A stretch of DNA of 32,377 nt from assembly GCA_024626585.2 (NCBI GenBank), contig JANKJI020000002.1, positions 67,173,509-67,205,885 of the forward strand, given 5' to 3'. The position numbers and the translations under genes are program-made. This stretch comes from Ginkgo biloba. Taxonomy: Eukaryota > Plantae > Ginkgophyta. The notes beneath the pieces were generated by a model, which searched no databases, was not told the origin of the DNA, and was given only the letters and a program-made list of their open reading frames with translations. Shown piece by piece: positions 1 through 12,600 of the stretch; the first letter of the stretch is position 1, and each line of letters begins with the position of its first letter.

Positions 1-166
1 GTAAGAAATATTTAAAAAATATCGTCATAAAGTTTTCTAAATATAAAAATATTCTCTTCAATAAAGCATTCATACATTATAAATCAACATACAAAAATCT
101 ATATTATAAATTAACATAAGAGTTGGTTACATAGAAAAATATGCATTACACATCAAAATAAGAGTC

Positions 167-1643
167 AGCTATAGTTTTGTTAAAGGACAGGAAAAGAAGA
201 AGATAGAAGGACATCCAAGGGAGATAGGAAATTATGAATTTTGATGGAGCGACAAAAGGGAACCCGGGGAGAGCAGGGGTTGGGGGTTACCTCATCCTGC
301 CTAAGGAAAACAAAGTGTTCTTTTTTGCCAAAAGATTATTAGGCTCCACCAATAATGAGGCAAAGTTTGAAATAGTACTTCTTAGTTTAGAAATTATTAA
401 GGAGCTAGGCATTAGAAAGTTCGTCATTCAAGGCAACTCCTCCTTGGTGATCAATCAAGCCATTGGGATTTAAAAAGTTTCAACTTGGTCCCTAGAAGAC
501 TTATTACATGGAACCCAAAAGGATATAAAGGATCTGGATCATGTCATCTTCCATCATATCCCATGAAGGTAAAATCGCCTAGAAAACTATTATGCCAACC
601 AAGGGGTGCACCTATCCCATGGGGCCAAAGATCGATATATTTTTAAATCAATCCCCAATAGAAAGGTGGTCTTGTGCGATATTACTTGAAATAATTATAG
701 GGGGTGGTGAAACCTTGGCATATTAGATCTTATGGGGATGCCTCCCCCATCCCCATCCTTCATTCTTTTGTAGGAAATTCATGATGAAATCTAAAAAGAA
801 GGAACAACTTAGGCGATGAAAATGCATGGCCAATAAGGGATCAATGAGGGTGGTCGGGGACTCTCACCCCATCAATATAAAGGACCATTGTCTCACCAAG
901 GAAGGAGAAGCATCTACTAGTTAGCTAGTGAAATTGTCATTAGATCCAACAATAGGACGGTTTCCATGGAAGAGGTTATGAGCCAGTTATAAAGGGAGAT
1001 GTCCTTCAAGGGGAAATGCTCAATATTATCAATTCAACCCTTAAGCATCTTAGCAAGCAACTTCACATGGAAGAGGATCAAGAGGCGGTCAACGATGAAC
1101 AGTCCAAGGCTATGAGAAAATCCTTTGAAAAGATGGTAAAAGCTATAATTATTTTACTATTGTAGTTGAGCACGAAAGGTGAGAGGAAACATAAAGTGGA
1201 AAATCTCTCCATCAACTCGAAGGATACAAGGGAATCTTAGGGGATGACTAAGGTCCTTCTCTTTTCTAAGATTTTTGTCGACTTTATGTTGATATCATCT
1301 ATAGCATACAAAGCTTATAATTTTTTGGTTGACTTTTGGCTACTTCTTTTGGGTAGATGGGGGTCATCTGGTGCCCTCCCTAGTTAGTAGTATTCTAGAA
1401 TGCTTGTATTTTTAAAGGCTTTATAACTAGGAGGCATACACAACCCATAAAAGATCACACTATTAGGTGTGAAGTTTTGTTTGTTAAGTAGGAATACCTA
1501 TGATTGATATACTACAATAGAAATTGATAGACCACTAGTAATATTACAACATTTGCTAAAGCAACCACTTGTACACATATAATTTATATATTAATATAAA
1601 TTTGTTGGAATTTTGGGCCTCCTTTTTCTAGTCAAAAAAAAAA
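167..1643 (+). mobile_element. 5'-truncated plant L1-type LINE (RNase H domain + ~1 kb 3' region + poly(A))
   Basis: RNase H-like reading at 234-606; A10 tract at 1634-1643; AAGAGTC at 160-166 recurs at 1642-1648, a candidate target-site duplication. Confidence 0.7.
234..606 (+). pseudogene. LINE-associated RNase H (RVT_3-like) domain remnant
   Basis: NFDGATKGNPGRAGVGG...TNNEAKF...IQGNSSLVINQ; after stops it continues HHIP*R*NRLENYYANQG (cf. HIxRExNxxADxLAN). Confidence 0.85.
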
Positions 1644-2129
1644 GAGTCGATAAAAAAGAAAAAGAAGTCATAATAACAAAATCTATAAATTAGTGTCAAC
1701 GAAATTGACTTGGCTTATGTTACTATGTCAACAATGTTGAATTCTTTAATCATGTTTGTCTATTAAACATTGTATTATTATGAAGATAAATTGCCATAAT
1801 TATTTGTTACTTATTTTAAATTTGGACACTTTATGTCAAAACTTTATTCATAAATAAAAGTTAAGATATATGAAAAAAATATTATCTTCTTAATGATGTG
1901 TTGATAATTATCATATATAGTATGTGAATTTACTTAGAGAAAATAAACTTATATAAAATATTNNNNNNNNNNNNNNNNNNNNNNNNNNNNNNNNNNNNNN
2001 NNNNNNNNNNNNNNNNNNNNNNNNNNNNNNNNNNNNNNNNNNNNNNNNNNNNNNNNNNNNNNTCTATGTGACACTGTACAAGAAGTTTCCCATCTGCCTC
2101 CACATCTCTATGATGAAAAGCATCAGTGT

Positions 2130-2988
2130 AGAGGATTTGGAAGGATGTTTCCAATACACCCCACATAAATTTAATCTTCCCAGTGCCTTCTTTTATAATT
2201 CCTCTAGCCTTATAATTGTTTCCCATTCCATATTATCAGGTATAACATGCAAGTCTATTATTTGGCCCTCAAATTCTTTTCATCACTAGATTGTTATCAT
2301 GCCATATTTGGGCATTCCAATTGTTCATCATTTCTTAACCCAATGTATAATTACTAACCTTTAACAATAAGAAATCTAATTCTCTTTGCCAACTCTTGCT
2401 TACTCTTAGCTAGTTTTTCTTCATCTCTATCCTTTACCTCAATCATTTCCTTTATATTTACTAATATTCTTCTACAAAGTTACTCCTCCTTTTTTCTTAT
2501 ATTTATATAAAAAATATCTTTCCTTGCTAGCCATATGTTCTAACAAATTAATGTCAGTGCTAACTCCTAGGCTTGATTTATCTTTTATGTATGGAAATAT
2601 CTTTGAGGCCAATTTATAATGACTATATATACATCATCGTCAATATCTGTTTACTTCCCNNNNNNNNNNNNNNCCAAGTAGGTTCCTCCATATTCTCTAG
2701 ATAATTTTACATTTAATTAACAGATGCTCTATCATTTCTTACTCTTCTTCACATCATGGATACCTTAAGGGGCCATGTTGATGCAAGAGCATCACTAATT
2801 TTAGATCAACAGTATTTTTTACCAATTTTTAACCATGATGATATGACTATATATACATCATATCCCATCTCTTTTTGCTTCCTAAATTATCCAAGTAGGT
2901 TCCTCCATATTCTCTAGACAAAGTTACATTTAATTAACAGGTGCTCTATCCCTTTTCTTCACATCATGGATACCTTGAGGGGCCATGT
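2130..2988 (-). pseudogene. C-terminal part of LINE ORF2 (Cys-rich region), the continuation of the LINE at 17531-20784
   Basis: Manual minus-strand translation: HGPSRYP*CEE..IEHLLIKCNFV*RIWRNLLG (cf. GPSRCxxCxxxxExxxHLxxxC..W) and C*NIWLARKDIF (cf. WxIWxxRNxxxF). Left boundary uncertain. Confidence 0.75.
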
Positions 2989-3045
2989 TGATGAAGGAGC
3001 ATCACTAATTTTAGATTGACAATAATGTTTTATCAGTTTTAAGAA
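2619..3045. repeat. ~224-bp imperfect tandem duplication spanning the LINE/LTR junction
   Basis: ATGACTATATATACATCAT at 2619 and 2843; CCAAGTAGGTTCCTCCATATTCTCTAGA at 2674 and 2891; GGGCCATGT|TGATG..GAGCATCACTAATTTTAGAT at 2779 and 2989. Confidence 0.9.
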
Positions 3046-4159
3046 ATTCAACAAGTGGATGTCAGAGGAGATGGTATCACAAATTGATAACGATATTTAG
3101 GATACCGACGATAGATCATCGATAGAGACAAAAAAGTAGAATATTGACACAAATACCTAATAGATAAAAGAGTAATGTAATGGAAAAGGGACAATAGCAA
3201 TAGGAGAACATCAACAATGATAGTTGACCAGGGTAACGAGACGCCATACATCAAGAACATTTAAATAATGGTAGAGGAAGAACAATAGATAGTAAGTCAA
3301 TGGTAGAGGACCAACAACGATAATACAAAACTGAAAAGAAGGGTAAACATGAAGGAGACCAATAGTTGATGGTGGATTTTTACAAATCTAAATAGTAGTG
3401 GTTGTAGGTGGGATATCCAAGAGAGTCTTCTTCACACACGAGAAAAAATTAATGGAGAATTTAATACCTAACAACTAGAGTCCATGAGTGGGAAGGGTAG
3501 GTGGATTCTAAATGCAAGGAAGAACCTTATGGATACACCCAAGGGCTGAGGGAATAATTAATGTGGTAATGCAAAGTTAGGTGTGCAAGGGAGACTTTGG
3601 TGTGAAAAGGAGAACCATATGGAGAGAGAAAAGATGGGAGAAGGGAGGAAGGTGGTTGAAGTGAGGTAGAAGATATAGTCCAAGTAAGATAAGAGAGAGA
3701 GAGAGAGCATATATATAAGGGAGACACAGCTAAGAGCAGAGGATGCCAAAGCACAATGAGTGTAAGAAGGGAGAAGGTTCTGTGAAGGAGAAGGTGTAGA
3801 TTATTGACCATGAGGTAGCATCATGGAACAACGAAGGAAAATTGGTGCACAATGGAGAAGTGTGCCTATAGGGCCCAAGGGATATGTTTAAAGGGTGAGA
3901 TAAAATTCCTTTGCGAAGGAGATGAGTTGTATCACATTATAATTGTAACCCCAAATATGGAGCTTATTAAATATAAATCTATGAATAGGCTAGTGGACCA
4001 TTTATAATGCAACTATTGAATGTAATATAATGCATTGTGTGTTTGTTCACATACTCCTCTTATGTGCTCATAGATGTTTGGTTATATGTAAGGGAATGCA
4101 TAGGGAACTTAGGACTCAAGTGGTGCCATCTATTATTATAGTGATTTATGACAGGTGGT
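2989..4159 (+). repeat. 5' LTR, family A (last ~7 bp and PBS missing)
   Basis: Starts TGATGAAGGAGCATCA; colinear with 16370-17523 (e.g. GAAGGAGACCAATAGT, GTAGGTGGGATATCCA, AAGGAGATGAGTTGTATCA). Confidence 0.9.
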
Positions 4160-4738
4160 CTTCTCTCTAACAACCTAAGGTTATTTGTTGGACCACTTTT
4201 TTAGTTTCTTAATTTTTTATTCCTAACACTAATAGCATCTAATTTTCCATCAGGCTCTCCAACTTTGACATCATCATCTCCATTTTCTCTTCTTCATGAC
4301 CCAAATTCACTCTTGGATCTTCCTTCTTTGTCCTATCATCACCCATTTCTAAACACTCAAATATACGGTGATCTTCTATACCATACCTATAGAAAATCGT
4401 TGGCCTTCTAAGAACATAACCTCCTCTACCAACTCTTCATCCTCTTTGTTATGTGAAATCACTATAACCTCTAATCTGTTGAGTGAAATTTTCTCCTCTT
4501 AGCCTCATCGATGGGTCTCGTTGGTACCCTAATGTTATTTCACTCCTAGAGATACTCTCTCCACTCCACATCCTAGTGCTTCCTCTCCACTTTGGGGATG
4601 AGGATTCTATTCCCCTCGTCATGGGTATTTTCCTCCTAATCCTACACAACTTTTCTTCTGCCTTTAGTGCCAATTAGTGAACTTCTTCCATCAACTCTAT
4701 CCAATGTTTGGATATCTCATCCTGGATGGAAAAATTTT
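4160..4738 (-). pseudogene. CRM-type gag C-terminal fragment
   Basis: KFSIQDEISKHWIELMEEVH*LALKAEEKL and a decayed zinc knuckle FYRYGIEDHRIFEC. Confidence 0.7.
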
Positions 4739-4838
4739 NNNNNNNNNNNNNNNNNNNNNNNNNNNNNNNNNNNNNNNNNNNNNNNNNNNNNNNNNNNNNN
4801 NNNNNNNNNNNNNNNNNNNNNNNNNNNNNNNNNNNNNN

Positions 4839-6360
4839 CTTCAAGGGTCATCCCAATAGCAAATGATAAGAATCCATCAACACAACATCTCAACACACCT
4901 AGTATTTATAAATTTTGAGTTGGAATGATACTAGGAACTTCTCCTTGACTGTGATATTGACTCCCTTATTGAACCATGATATATAATATGTTGTATCATC
5001 TTTTTTCAATGGTAGTCCTAACTTCCACACCATCTCCACATAAATCACATTCTCACAACTACCTTTGTCAATGACCACATTGTAGATCTTACCTTCGTAC
5101 TAACATCTAGTTATAAAGGTTCACTTCTATTGCTCCACTTCCTTTTTGGATGAATTCCTTAAACTATTATTCGATCCTTGTCATCCTAACATTAACAATG
5201 TTCAGTTTACTGTTTGACTCTCCATTTTCTCCCCAACCATGTTCTCCATCTTTTCTTCTCTCTGGGATATATTTACTTTTGGTGACTCCTTTGTAGATAT
5301 ATCCTCTCATCTGGTAGGGCATTCAAACTCTCTATGACCTACTACTCCACATTTGAAATAAATTATGGGTCTTCTCAATGTGTTGAATCCTCGTTCACCT
5401 CTTGTTCCCCTCTAATGCACAAATTCACGTTGACTTCCTTTCCAATGAATAGGGACTTTTCCTCTTGGTATCAATGACATATTCAAACTACATATTTTTA
5501 CTTCCTTATGTATTCATCTACTCTCTCTACTCCACGTCCTGGTGCTTTTCCTCCATGTTTTCATTAGAAAATTTTCTCCTTAGGTGAGTGGCCTCTTCCT
5601 CATATTTTTGTTCAGCTTCTCCTCACCTTTCAATGCTAACTGATAAGCTTCCTCCACCATCCTCATCTATTACATGGAGATATTATCCTATATTATGAGT
5701 TTCATAGTATTCACATATCTCAAAATCATTTATTATTCTACTTAATCAAGTCCACTCTTGATGGATAACTTATAGAAATCATTGGTGTATCCTTACACAC
5801 TCTTATCTATCTGCATTAGGTTTTAAAATTCTTAAAACAACCTATGTTTATAATTTATAGGAAAGAATTTCCCCCTCAGCTTCATTGCCATCTTCTTCCA
5901 TATCTAAACCTTCTCCTTACCTTTCCTCACCCTTTCCTTTTGTATATTCTCCTTCCATAGGCTTGCATGTACCTTCAACTTGGTGCATGTGAATTTCATT
6001 CTCTTAGGGTCCTCTATTTCTTCCTAGTTGAAGTATTTCTCTAGAGATCCTACCCAATCCAATAGATCTTATGACTTCAAACTCCCTCTGAATCTCAGAA
6101 CTCTCATTTTTACTCCACCTTTCTTATCTCTCAACAACTCTACCAATGATGTATCTAAATCCTCTAGCCTATATTCCACTTATCTTTCTCTTTCCACTTC
6201 TAATTCTAATTCAAAGTCACTTTTAAGTCTAAGCCTCCACTATTCATTCTTCAACTCCTTAATTTTCCTTCTCAAGGCTTCAATCTCCTCACCAACTATG
6301 CCTCTTCCTCCTCTATCCACTCCCAATTCCATCCTTTAATTCTTCATTGTCCTTTATGAT
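4839..6360 (-). pseudogene. CRM-type gag-protease remnant (antisense family A copy)
   Basis: Capsid WVGSLEKYF...TKLKVHASLW...WKKM...KFFPINY; VEEAYQLALKGEEKL; knuckle YFKCGVVGHREFEC (~5319-5360); protease VVIDKGSCENVI...KLGLP...DVVLMDSYHLLLG*P; many stops. Confidence 0.9.
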
Positions 6361-6546
6361 TATTGTAACCCCTTAACAAACTAACCCTCAAGTCTTCTTG
6401 AATCTTACTACAATCTACAACTTCTTCATAAGTGATGTCTTACCCTCAATATCTCTCTAGCGCACAACCTCCATAGCACACTCAACCTTAATTCAATAAG
6501 CCTAACCTTTCTCTGTAGTGCATCTCCAAGCGATCCTTAAACTTTA

Positions 6547-6558
6547 GCTTTGATACTA
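6547..6558 (-). promoter_or_regulatory. Primer-binding site (tRNA-iMet), degenerate
   Basis: Minus strand reads TAGTATCAAAGC, 10/12 to TGGTATCAGAGC, 2 nt after an LTR end (..GTATCA). Confidence 0.75.
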
Positions 6559-6560
6559 AA

Positions 6561-6977
6561 TGATACATCCACCCAACATCAATCATTAAAATACCATATG
6601 ATGCCACTTGAGTCCTAGGTTCCCTGATCATTCCATTATACACAACCAAACACCCATGAGCACACAAGAGAAAAATATGAATAAACACACAATGCCTTAT
6701 ATTAGATTTAATACTTTCATTACAAATGACCCACTAGCCAATTTATAGAATTACATACAAAAATTCCCATAATTAAGGTAATAGTTACAATGTGATGCAA
6801 CTCATCTCCTTTGTGGAGGAGTTTCATCTCACCCTTAGATCATACCTATTGGTCCCTATAGGCATACTTATCTATTGTGCATTAATTTTTTGTCATCATC
6901 CCACAACATTGTCTTATGGTCAATAGTCTACACCATCTCCTTCATAGGACCTCCTCCCTTCTTACACTCATTGTGCT
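6561..6977 (-). repeat. Partial family A LTR (3' ~420 bp), antisense
   Basis: Reverse complement aligns with 3750-4159 and ~17115-17530; retains the CA terminus next to the PBS. Confidence 0.9.
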
Positions 6978-6984
6978 AAAGTAA

Positions 6985-7119
6985 AGATATATGAATGGTT
7001 TAAATTTTCCCATCCAAAATAATATATCCATACATCAGATGAAGTTGGTGGAAGAATCATATAAGTTGGTGCCAAAGACTAAAGGGAAGTTATCCATGAG
7101 TATGAGCAAAATACCCATG
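6985..7119 (+). pseudogene. CRM-type gag fragment, sense
   Basis: RYMNGLNFPIQNNISIHQMKLVEESYKLVPKTKGKL is homologous to the VEEAYQLALKAEEKL blocks at ~4650-4730 and ~5610-5720. Confidence 0.65.
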
Positions 7120-7329
7120 NNNNNNNNNNNNNNNNNNNNNNNNNNNNNNNNNNNNNNNNNNNNNNNNNNNNNNNNNNNNNNNNNNNNNNNNNNNNNNNNN
7201 NNNNNNNNNNNNNNNNNNNTTCCAATGTTATAAAGAGTACAGAAAGTGGTAGAGAAGATTAACCCCTTAGATTCGATCATACACTTATGTATGCTTTGAT
7301 AAAATCATCTAATACTAAGCAAGTATATT

Positions 7330-7893
7330 AGGATACTTGATCAAAGGTCAATAATTATGCATATCACACAATTCCATAAGGGAGAATATCATTCACAAAC
7401 TGCATAATGATGTAACTTTGGAAAGGATAAGACTGTGTCACTAGCAGAAGAATGATATTTTTGGCTAGGATTGAAAAATCAAGTGAGCAAGTTTATAGAT
7501 AAATATAGGATTTACCAGTTGTCTAAGGGATAGTCATAGAATGTCAGATTATATAAACCATTGTTAGTTTTGGAAGATCCTTCGTTCTATATCACCATGG
7601 ACTTCATGTTAGGTTTTCCTAGCACCTAGAAAGGTAATGATTATGTGTTTGTAGTACATGATAGATTTTCAAAGATGGCACACTTAATCCCATATTGAAA
7701 GATGAATGACACGAGTAAGATAGCTAAATTATTTTTTGGAGAAGTTATAAGGTTGTATGNNNNNNNNNNNNNNNNAAAGAGAATCACCTCAAACAGAGAC
7801 AATAAGTTACTAAGTCATATTTGCCAGACATTATGGAGGAAGTTGGACACTAAGATACAATATGATAGCATGTATCACCCACAGACCAATGGA
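7330..7893 (+). pseudogene. Gypsy integrase, N-terminal and core remnant
   Basis: FGKDKT...YFW...LYKPL...ITMDFMLGFP...VFVVHDRFSKMAHLIP...LFFGEVIRLY...ITSNRD...YHPQTNG. Confidence 0.9.
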
Positions 7894-7898
7894 ATAAT

Positions 7899-9126
7899 TG
7901 ATGCAGTCAGACGGTGGGTGTATCACTACTTGTTACCAAGCTCACCCTCCATCATTTATCAACAACAAACACACATATTCCATCAGTCTAAAAATTGATG
8001 ATAACCATCAGCTGCCTCTAAGATCTCAGCAATGGACCCTCCCCAACCATACTTACTGAGATGTGCCAAGTTTTCTCAAATCATCTAGGCATCAACAAAC
8101 AAAGAGAGGGACCAATCCTCGTGAAATATGTAAACAATAATATAGGTTGTAGGGAAAAAAGAAATAAATACATAAAAGTTGCTCACACACACCACATATA
8201 GCAAATTCATATGGACAACATCTTTTCAACTAGAGAAACCCTCTCAAAGAATAAAACTCTAGGATGTCATTAGTCAAATATTAAAATTCATTACAATAGC
8301 CTCAATGACTCTTCTTCATTATCGGAGGGTATCATAATTGATTATAGCAATTCAAATAATAGGACCAATATCCCTGAGTCATGAGTTATCTCTATCGACA
8401 GTCCTACTCGGGTCTACTCAAACTTGAATTGTTCTCCTAAGATTCCTCCATTTAGCAGTCTACCCAGCCTTTTTATTCACATTCACATCTCAACTCTTCA
8501 GATCCAACACCTTGGTCCCTATAGGTGGTCACGATCTCAACAACATGCTAATCTCCATAGAATACCAAACACTTTGTGTTATATTTGGGTTCTTCTCTAC
8601 TGCCTCATGACCTTCCTCATGATCATTCTTCATGGTTATATTGTTAGTTCATCTTCACTTCTCCACAAGTACCTTCTTCTTCTATGCATTATCTCTCCTC
8701 CAATCTTGCACCTTTGAATCTCTCCACCAGTGAACTCTCTCAAAGAATCAATTAGCAAACTAACTAAAAAAAAAATCTTCTCCTTCTTAGATCTAGGATT
8801 TTATTCTTTATGTAATTAGTCTAGGTACCAGTGGTTATATTCGTAGGAGTAGTTACAATGAGTACCCTAGTCCTGGCATCACCTGTCCTTGGGCTCCCTT
8901 TGTATGCAGTTCTTTTCTAATTATCCCATCACTAATTTTTATTTTTGAAGGTTAAAGGTGACTGCAGTAATTATTTACCCAACTCCTTACTTCCTCCTTC
9001 CTGTCGCATCCCAGAATTAAAACTACTTGTTAATTATCCTTCAAAATGTTGCCGCTATACCAACTCTACAAAATTGTACATAATTTGCATACCTCTTCAA
9101 AGTGTTACAATGATTCTCCTGCATCA
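7899..9126 (-). repeat. Complete LTR, family B (1228 bp), possibly solo
   Basis: Perfect 8-bp inverted termini TGATGCAG...CTGCATCA; first ~430 bp align with 14312-14737; orientation taken from the PBS next to the second copy. Confidence 0.85.
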
Positions 9127-9699
9127 GTAACAAAGAAATATAAGTTATGCATGAATAAGATCTATCCTTAATGCATTTCATAAGGAAGTTAGAAATTACC
9201 ACCTTCCCTCCCCTTTTCAATTTAAAGGGAGAAGGTTCACCTCATTCTAGATACGATTCAATATGTAAAATGGAGGAGTTTATGATAATTTTAAGGGATA
9301 TTATAGAAGACAAGAAGACCTGAGAGTGCTTTTGGTGTTTCTTCTAGATATCATCAAGGTTATCTCACCCATTAAAAGGCAATTTTGATAAGTTTTATAA
9401 TTTGAATTTAGTTCTTTATTTTGAAAAGTTTATATCAACTAGTAATGGTCAGCAAGGGATATAAGATGAATATGACCAAGGATGCTAACTAGGTTGGGTC
9501 TAGTATAAAAATGAAAATATTACTAAAGTATCGAGAATCAACTTAGGATCACCAATGGATGGCCCTGTATAGGGAATCATATTCCTTGGTATGTGGTAGA
9601 CTCACCACAACTTTAGAGGTGGTGGTGTTGGATATGTGTTGCATACTTTGCATGTTTTACACCAATATAGATGTTACACCCCTAAGTACTCTACACCCG

Positions 9700-12600
9700 A
9701 GCCACAATTTAGTAGGTTTAATAGTAATCAAGAAGAAAGACAAAATTACTCAGAAATACAAGGAAGAGGAAGACGCAATAGTACTTCTCAAAGAGGCTCT
9801 TCACAAAGATATAAAAAATCAAATATTCAATGTTATTATTGTAAGAAGTATGGACATTATACAAGTGAATGTAGGAAGAAAGAATATGATATGAACAAAT
9901 AAAATGCAAATCTCTCCAAAGCAAGAGAACTAGAAAATGAAAAAGGTGAAAATTTATTTATCACATGCAATATAACTGAGCAAAGAAGTGATGAAGTATG
10001 GTATTTGGATAGTGGTTGTAGTAACCAAATGAGTGGGAACAAAGAAATGTTCAACATTATAGATGACTTAATAAAATCAAAAGTGAAAATGGGAAATAAT
10101 GATAAAGTTCCAGTCATGGGCAAAGGTAGTATCTCCATTCGCACCAAACAAGGAGACAAAAAACAAATTCAAGATGTCTATTACATTCCCAGGTTGAAGC
10201 ACAATCTTATTAGCATTGGACAACTGGTCCAAAAGGGTTATAAAGTGACATTTGAGAATGGTGAATGCATTATATTTGATAGAAATGGCATCAATAAACA
10301 AATTGCAGTTGTTAAAATGACAAAGAATAGAATGTTTCCATTGAAAATGCAAAATGAATTGTCTGTAGCATTCAAAACAGTCAATGTGGATCAATCTTAT
10401 TTATGGCACCAAAGATATGGTCATTTGGGTTTTAGAGGATTGGGTCTTCTTTACAAAAAACAAATGGTAAGAGGGTTGCCTTTGATTGAACAACCTAACA
10501 AAGCATGTGAAGGGTGCATTTTAGGAAAGCAACAAAGAAAACCGTTTCCTTCTGGGCATTCATGGAGAGCAAAAGCTCCTTTAGAGTTGATCCATTCAGA
10601 TTTGTGTGGCCCAATGAGAAACCCCTCTCTTAGCAAAAGTGAATATTTCATAACTTTTATAGATGATTTCAGTAGGAAGACATGGGTGTACTTCTTAAAA
10701 CATAAATCTGAAGCATTTGATACTTTTAAGCAATTCAAGGCTATGGTTGAAAAACAAAGTGGCCATCACATAAAAATCTTGAGAACGGATAGAGGGGGAG
10801 AATACATTTCAGAAGAGTTCTTGAGATTTTGCAAGGATAATGGGATAAAGAAACAATTTACAACTAGGTACACTCCACAACAAAATGGTATAGCAGAAAG
10901 AAAGAATAGAACTATCCAAGAGATGGCAAGGAGCATGATAAAGGCCAAAGGATTGTCAAATGAATATTGGGTTGAAGCTATAGGAACAATAGTTTACTTC
11001 ATTGAATAGGAGCCCCACAAAGAGTGTTCGTGATAAGAGTCCTCAAGAGGCATGGAGCAATGAAAAGCCAAATGTTGAACATTTGAGAGTGTTTGGTTGT
11101 GTGGCATATGCACATGTGCCCAAACAAAAAAGAACAAAATGGGATGATAGAGGGGAAAAATGCATCTTTATTGGTTATAGTGACCAATCCAAAGCCTACA
11201 AATTGTACAATCCAATAACCAAGGAGATGATAATCAGTAGAGATGTTGAGTTCATTGAAGATGCAACATGGAATGATAATAAACAGTTGCAAGAATCAAC
11301 AACAGTAGGTGTTCCAATATTTGAGAATGAATCAACTTGTGAAACATCATCATTAGTACCAAGTTTCAGTCCTATTTCACAAAGAAATGATTCCTCAAGC
11401 AGTAGCACCCATCATGGAGCCCAAAATATAGCTCATGGCACTCCATCACATTCAAATTCAAGAGAAGGAAATGCTTCATCAGCCTCAAATCAGCAAATAG
11501 TTAAGACAAAGAGCCTACAAGAAATATATCAGCAGTTAAGGTATGATGATGTTGATGATGATGTGAATTTTGCTTTATTCATTGAGGTTGATCCTATTTA
11601 TTTTGAAGAAGCAATTAAGGACAGCAAGTGGTGTCAAGCCATGGATGAGAAAATGGAAGCAATCATGAAAAACAATACATGGGAGTTGGTAGATCTTCCA
11701 GCAGAAAAACAAGTCATTGGTGTCAAGTGGGTCTACAAAACTAAGAGTAATGCAGAAGGCAAGATTGAAAGACATAAGGCAAGGTTGGTAGTGAAAGGAT
11801 ACAAGCAAAGGGTTGGTCAAGATTATGATGAAACTTTTGCTCCAGTGGCAAGGATGGAGACAGTGAGAACTATCATAGCAATAACAGCTCAACATAGGTG
11901 GAAGGTGCATCAAATGGATGTGAAATCAACGTTCCTAAATGGAGAATTGGAAGAAGAGGTGTATGTTGCACAACCACCTGGGTATGAGGTTCCTGGTCAT
12001 GAAAATAAAGTGTGCAAACTGAAGAAAGCACTTTATGGGCTAAAACAAGCACCAAGGGCATGGTATAAATGCATTGATTCCTACTTGTTGAGTAATGGTT
12101 TCAAGAAGAGCAACAACAAACCAACTCTCTACATCAATGCATGCAATTATGGTGAGATAATCATTGTTGTCTTATATGTTGATGATCTGATTTTTATTGG
12201 AAATAGCAATCAGTTAATAGATGAGTTCAAATCAACAATGAAGAAAGAGTTTGAGATGACCGATTTAGGATTGCTAAAATACTTTCTTGGTATTGAAGTC
12301 AAACAAATGAAGGATGGCATATTCATATCACAAGGAAACTATGCAAATCAAGTCTTAAAAAAATTTAAAATGTTGAACAGTAAGCCTGCATCAACTCCAA
12401 TCGCAACAAATCTGAAGTTGAGCAAAATTGATTGTAGCAAAAATATTGATCAGACATTGTACAAAAGCTTGGTTGGAAGCTTAATGTACATAACGGCAAC
12501 TCGACCTGATATTATGTATGCAACGAGTCTAATTTCCAGATTCATGGAAACTCCAATGGAAGCACATTGGCAAGCTGGAAAAAGAATTCTGAGGTATGTT

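Noticed and set aside
234-606. RNase H as a host gene or as the 3' end of the large minus-strand LINE
   Set aside because: It has in-frame stops, lies on the opposite strand, and has its own A tail and candidate TSD.
3692-3707. (GA)n microsatellite (also ~23207-23220)
   Set aside because: Short and unremarkable.
3048-3811. Short Leu/Ser-rich minus-strand ORFs (also 16624-17299, and 8424-8717 on the plus strand)
   Set aside because: They lie within LTRs and reflect purine/pyrimidine strand bias; frames are not conserved between LTR copies.
9127-9700. 5' LTR of the copia element
   Set aside because: No match to the 3' LTR start at 13138-13267 and no TGGTATCAGAGC PBS; left unassigned, probably another repeat fragment.
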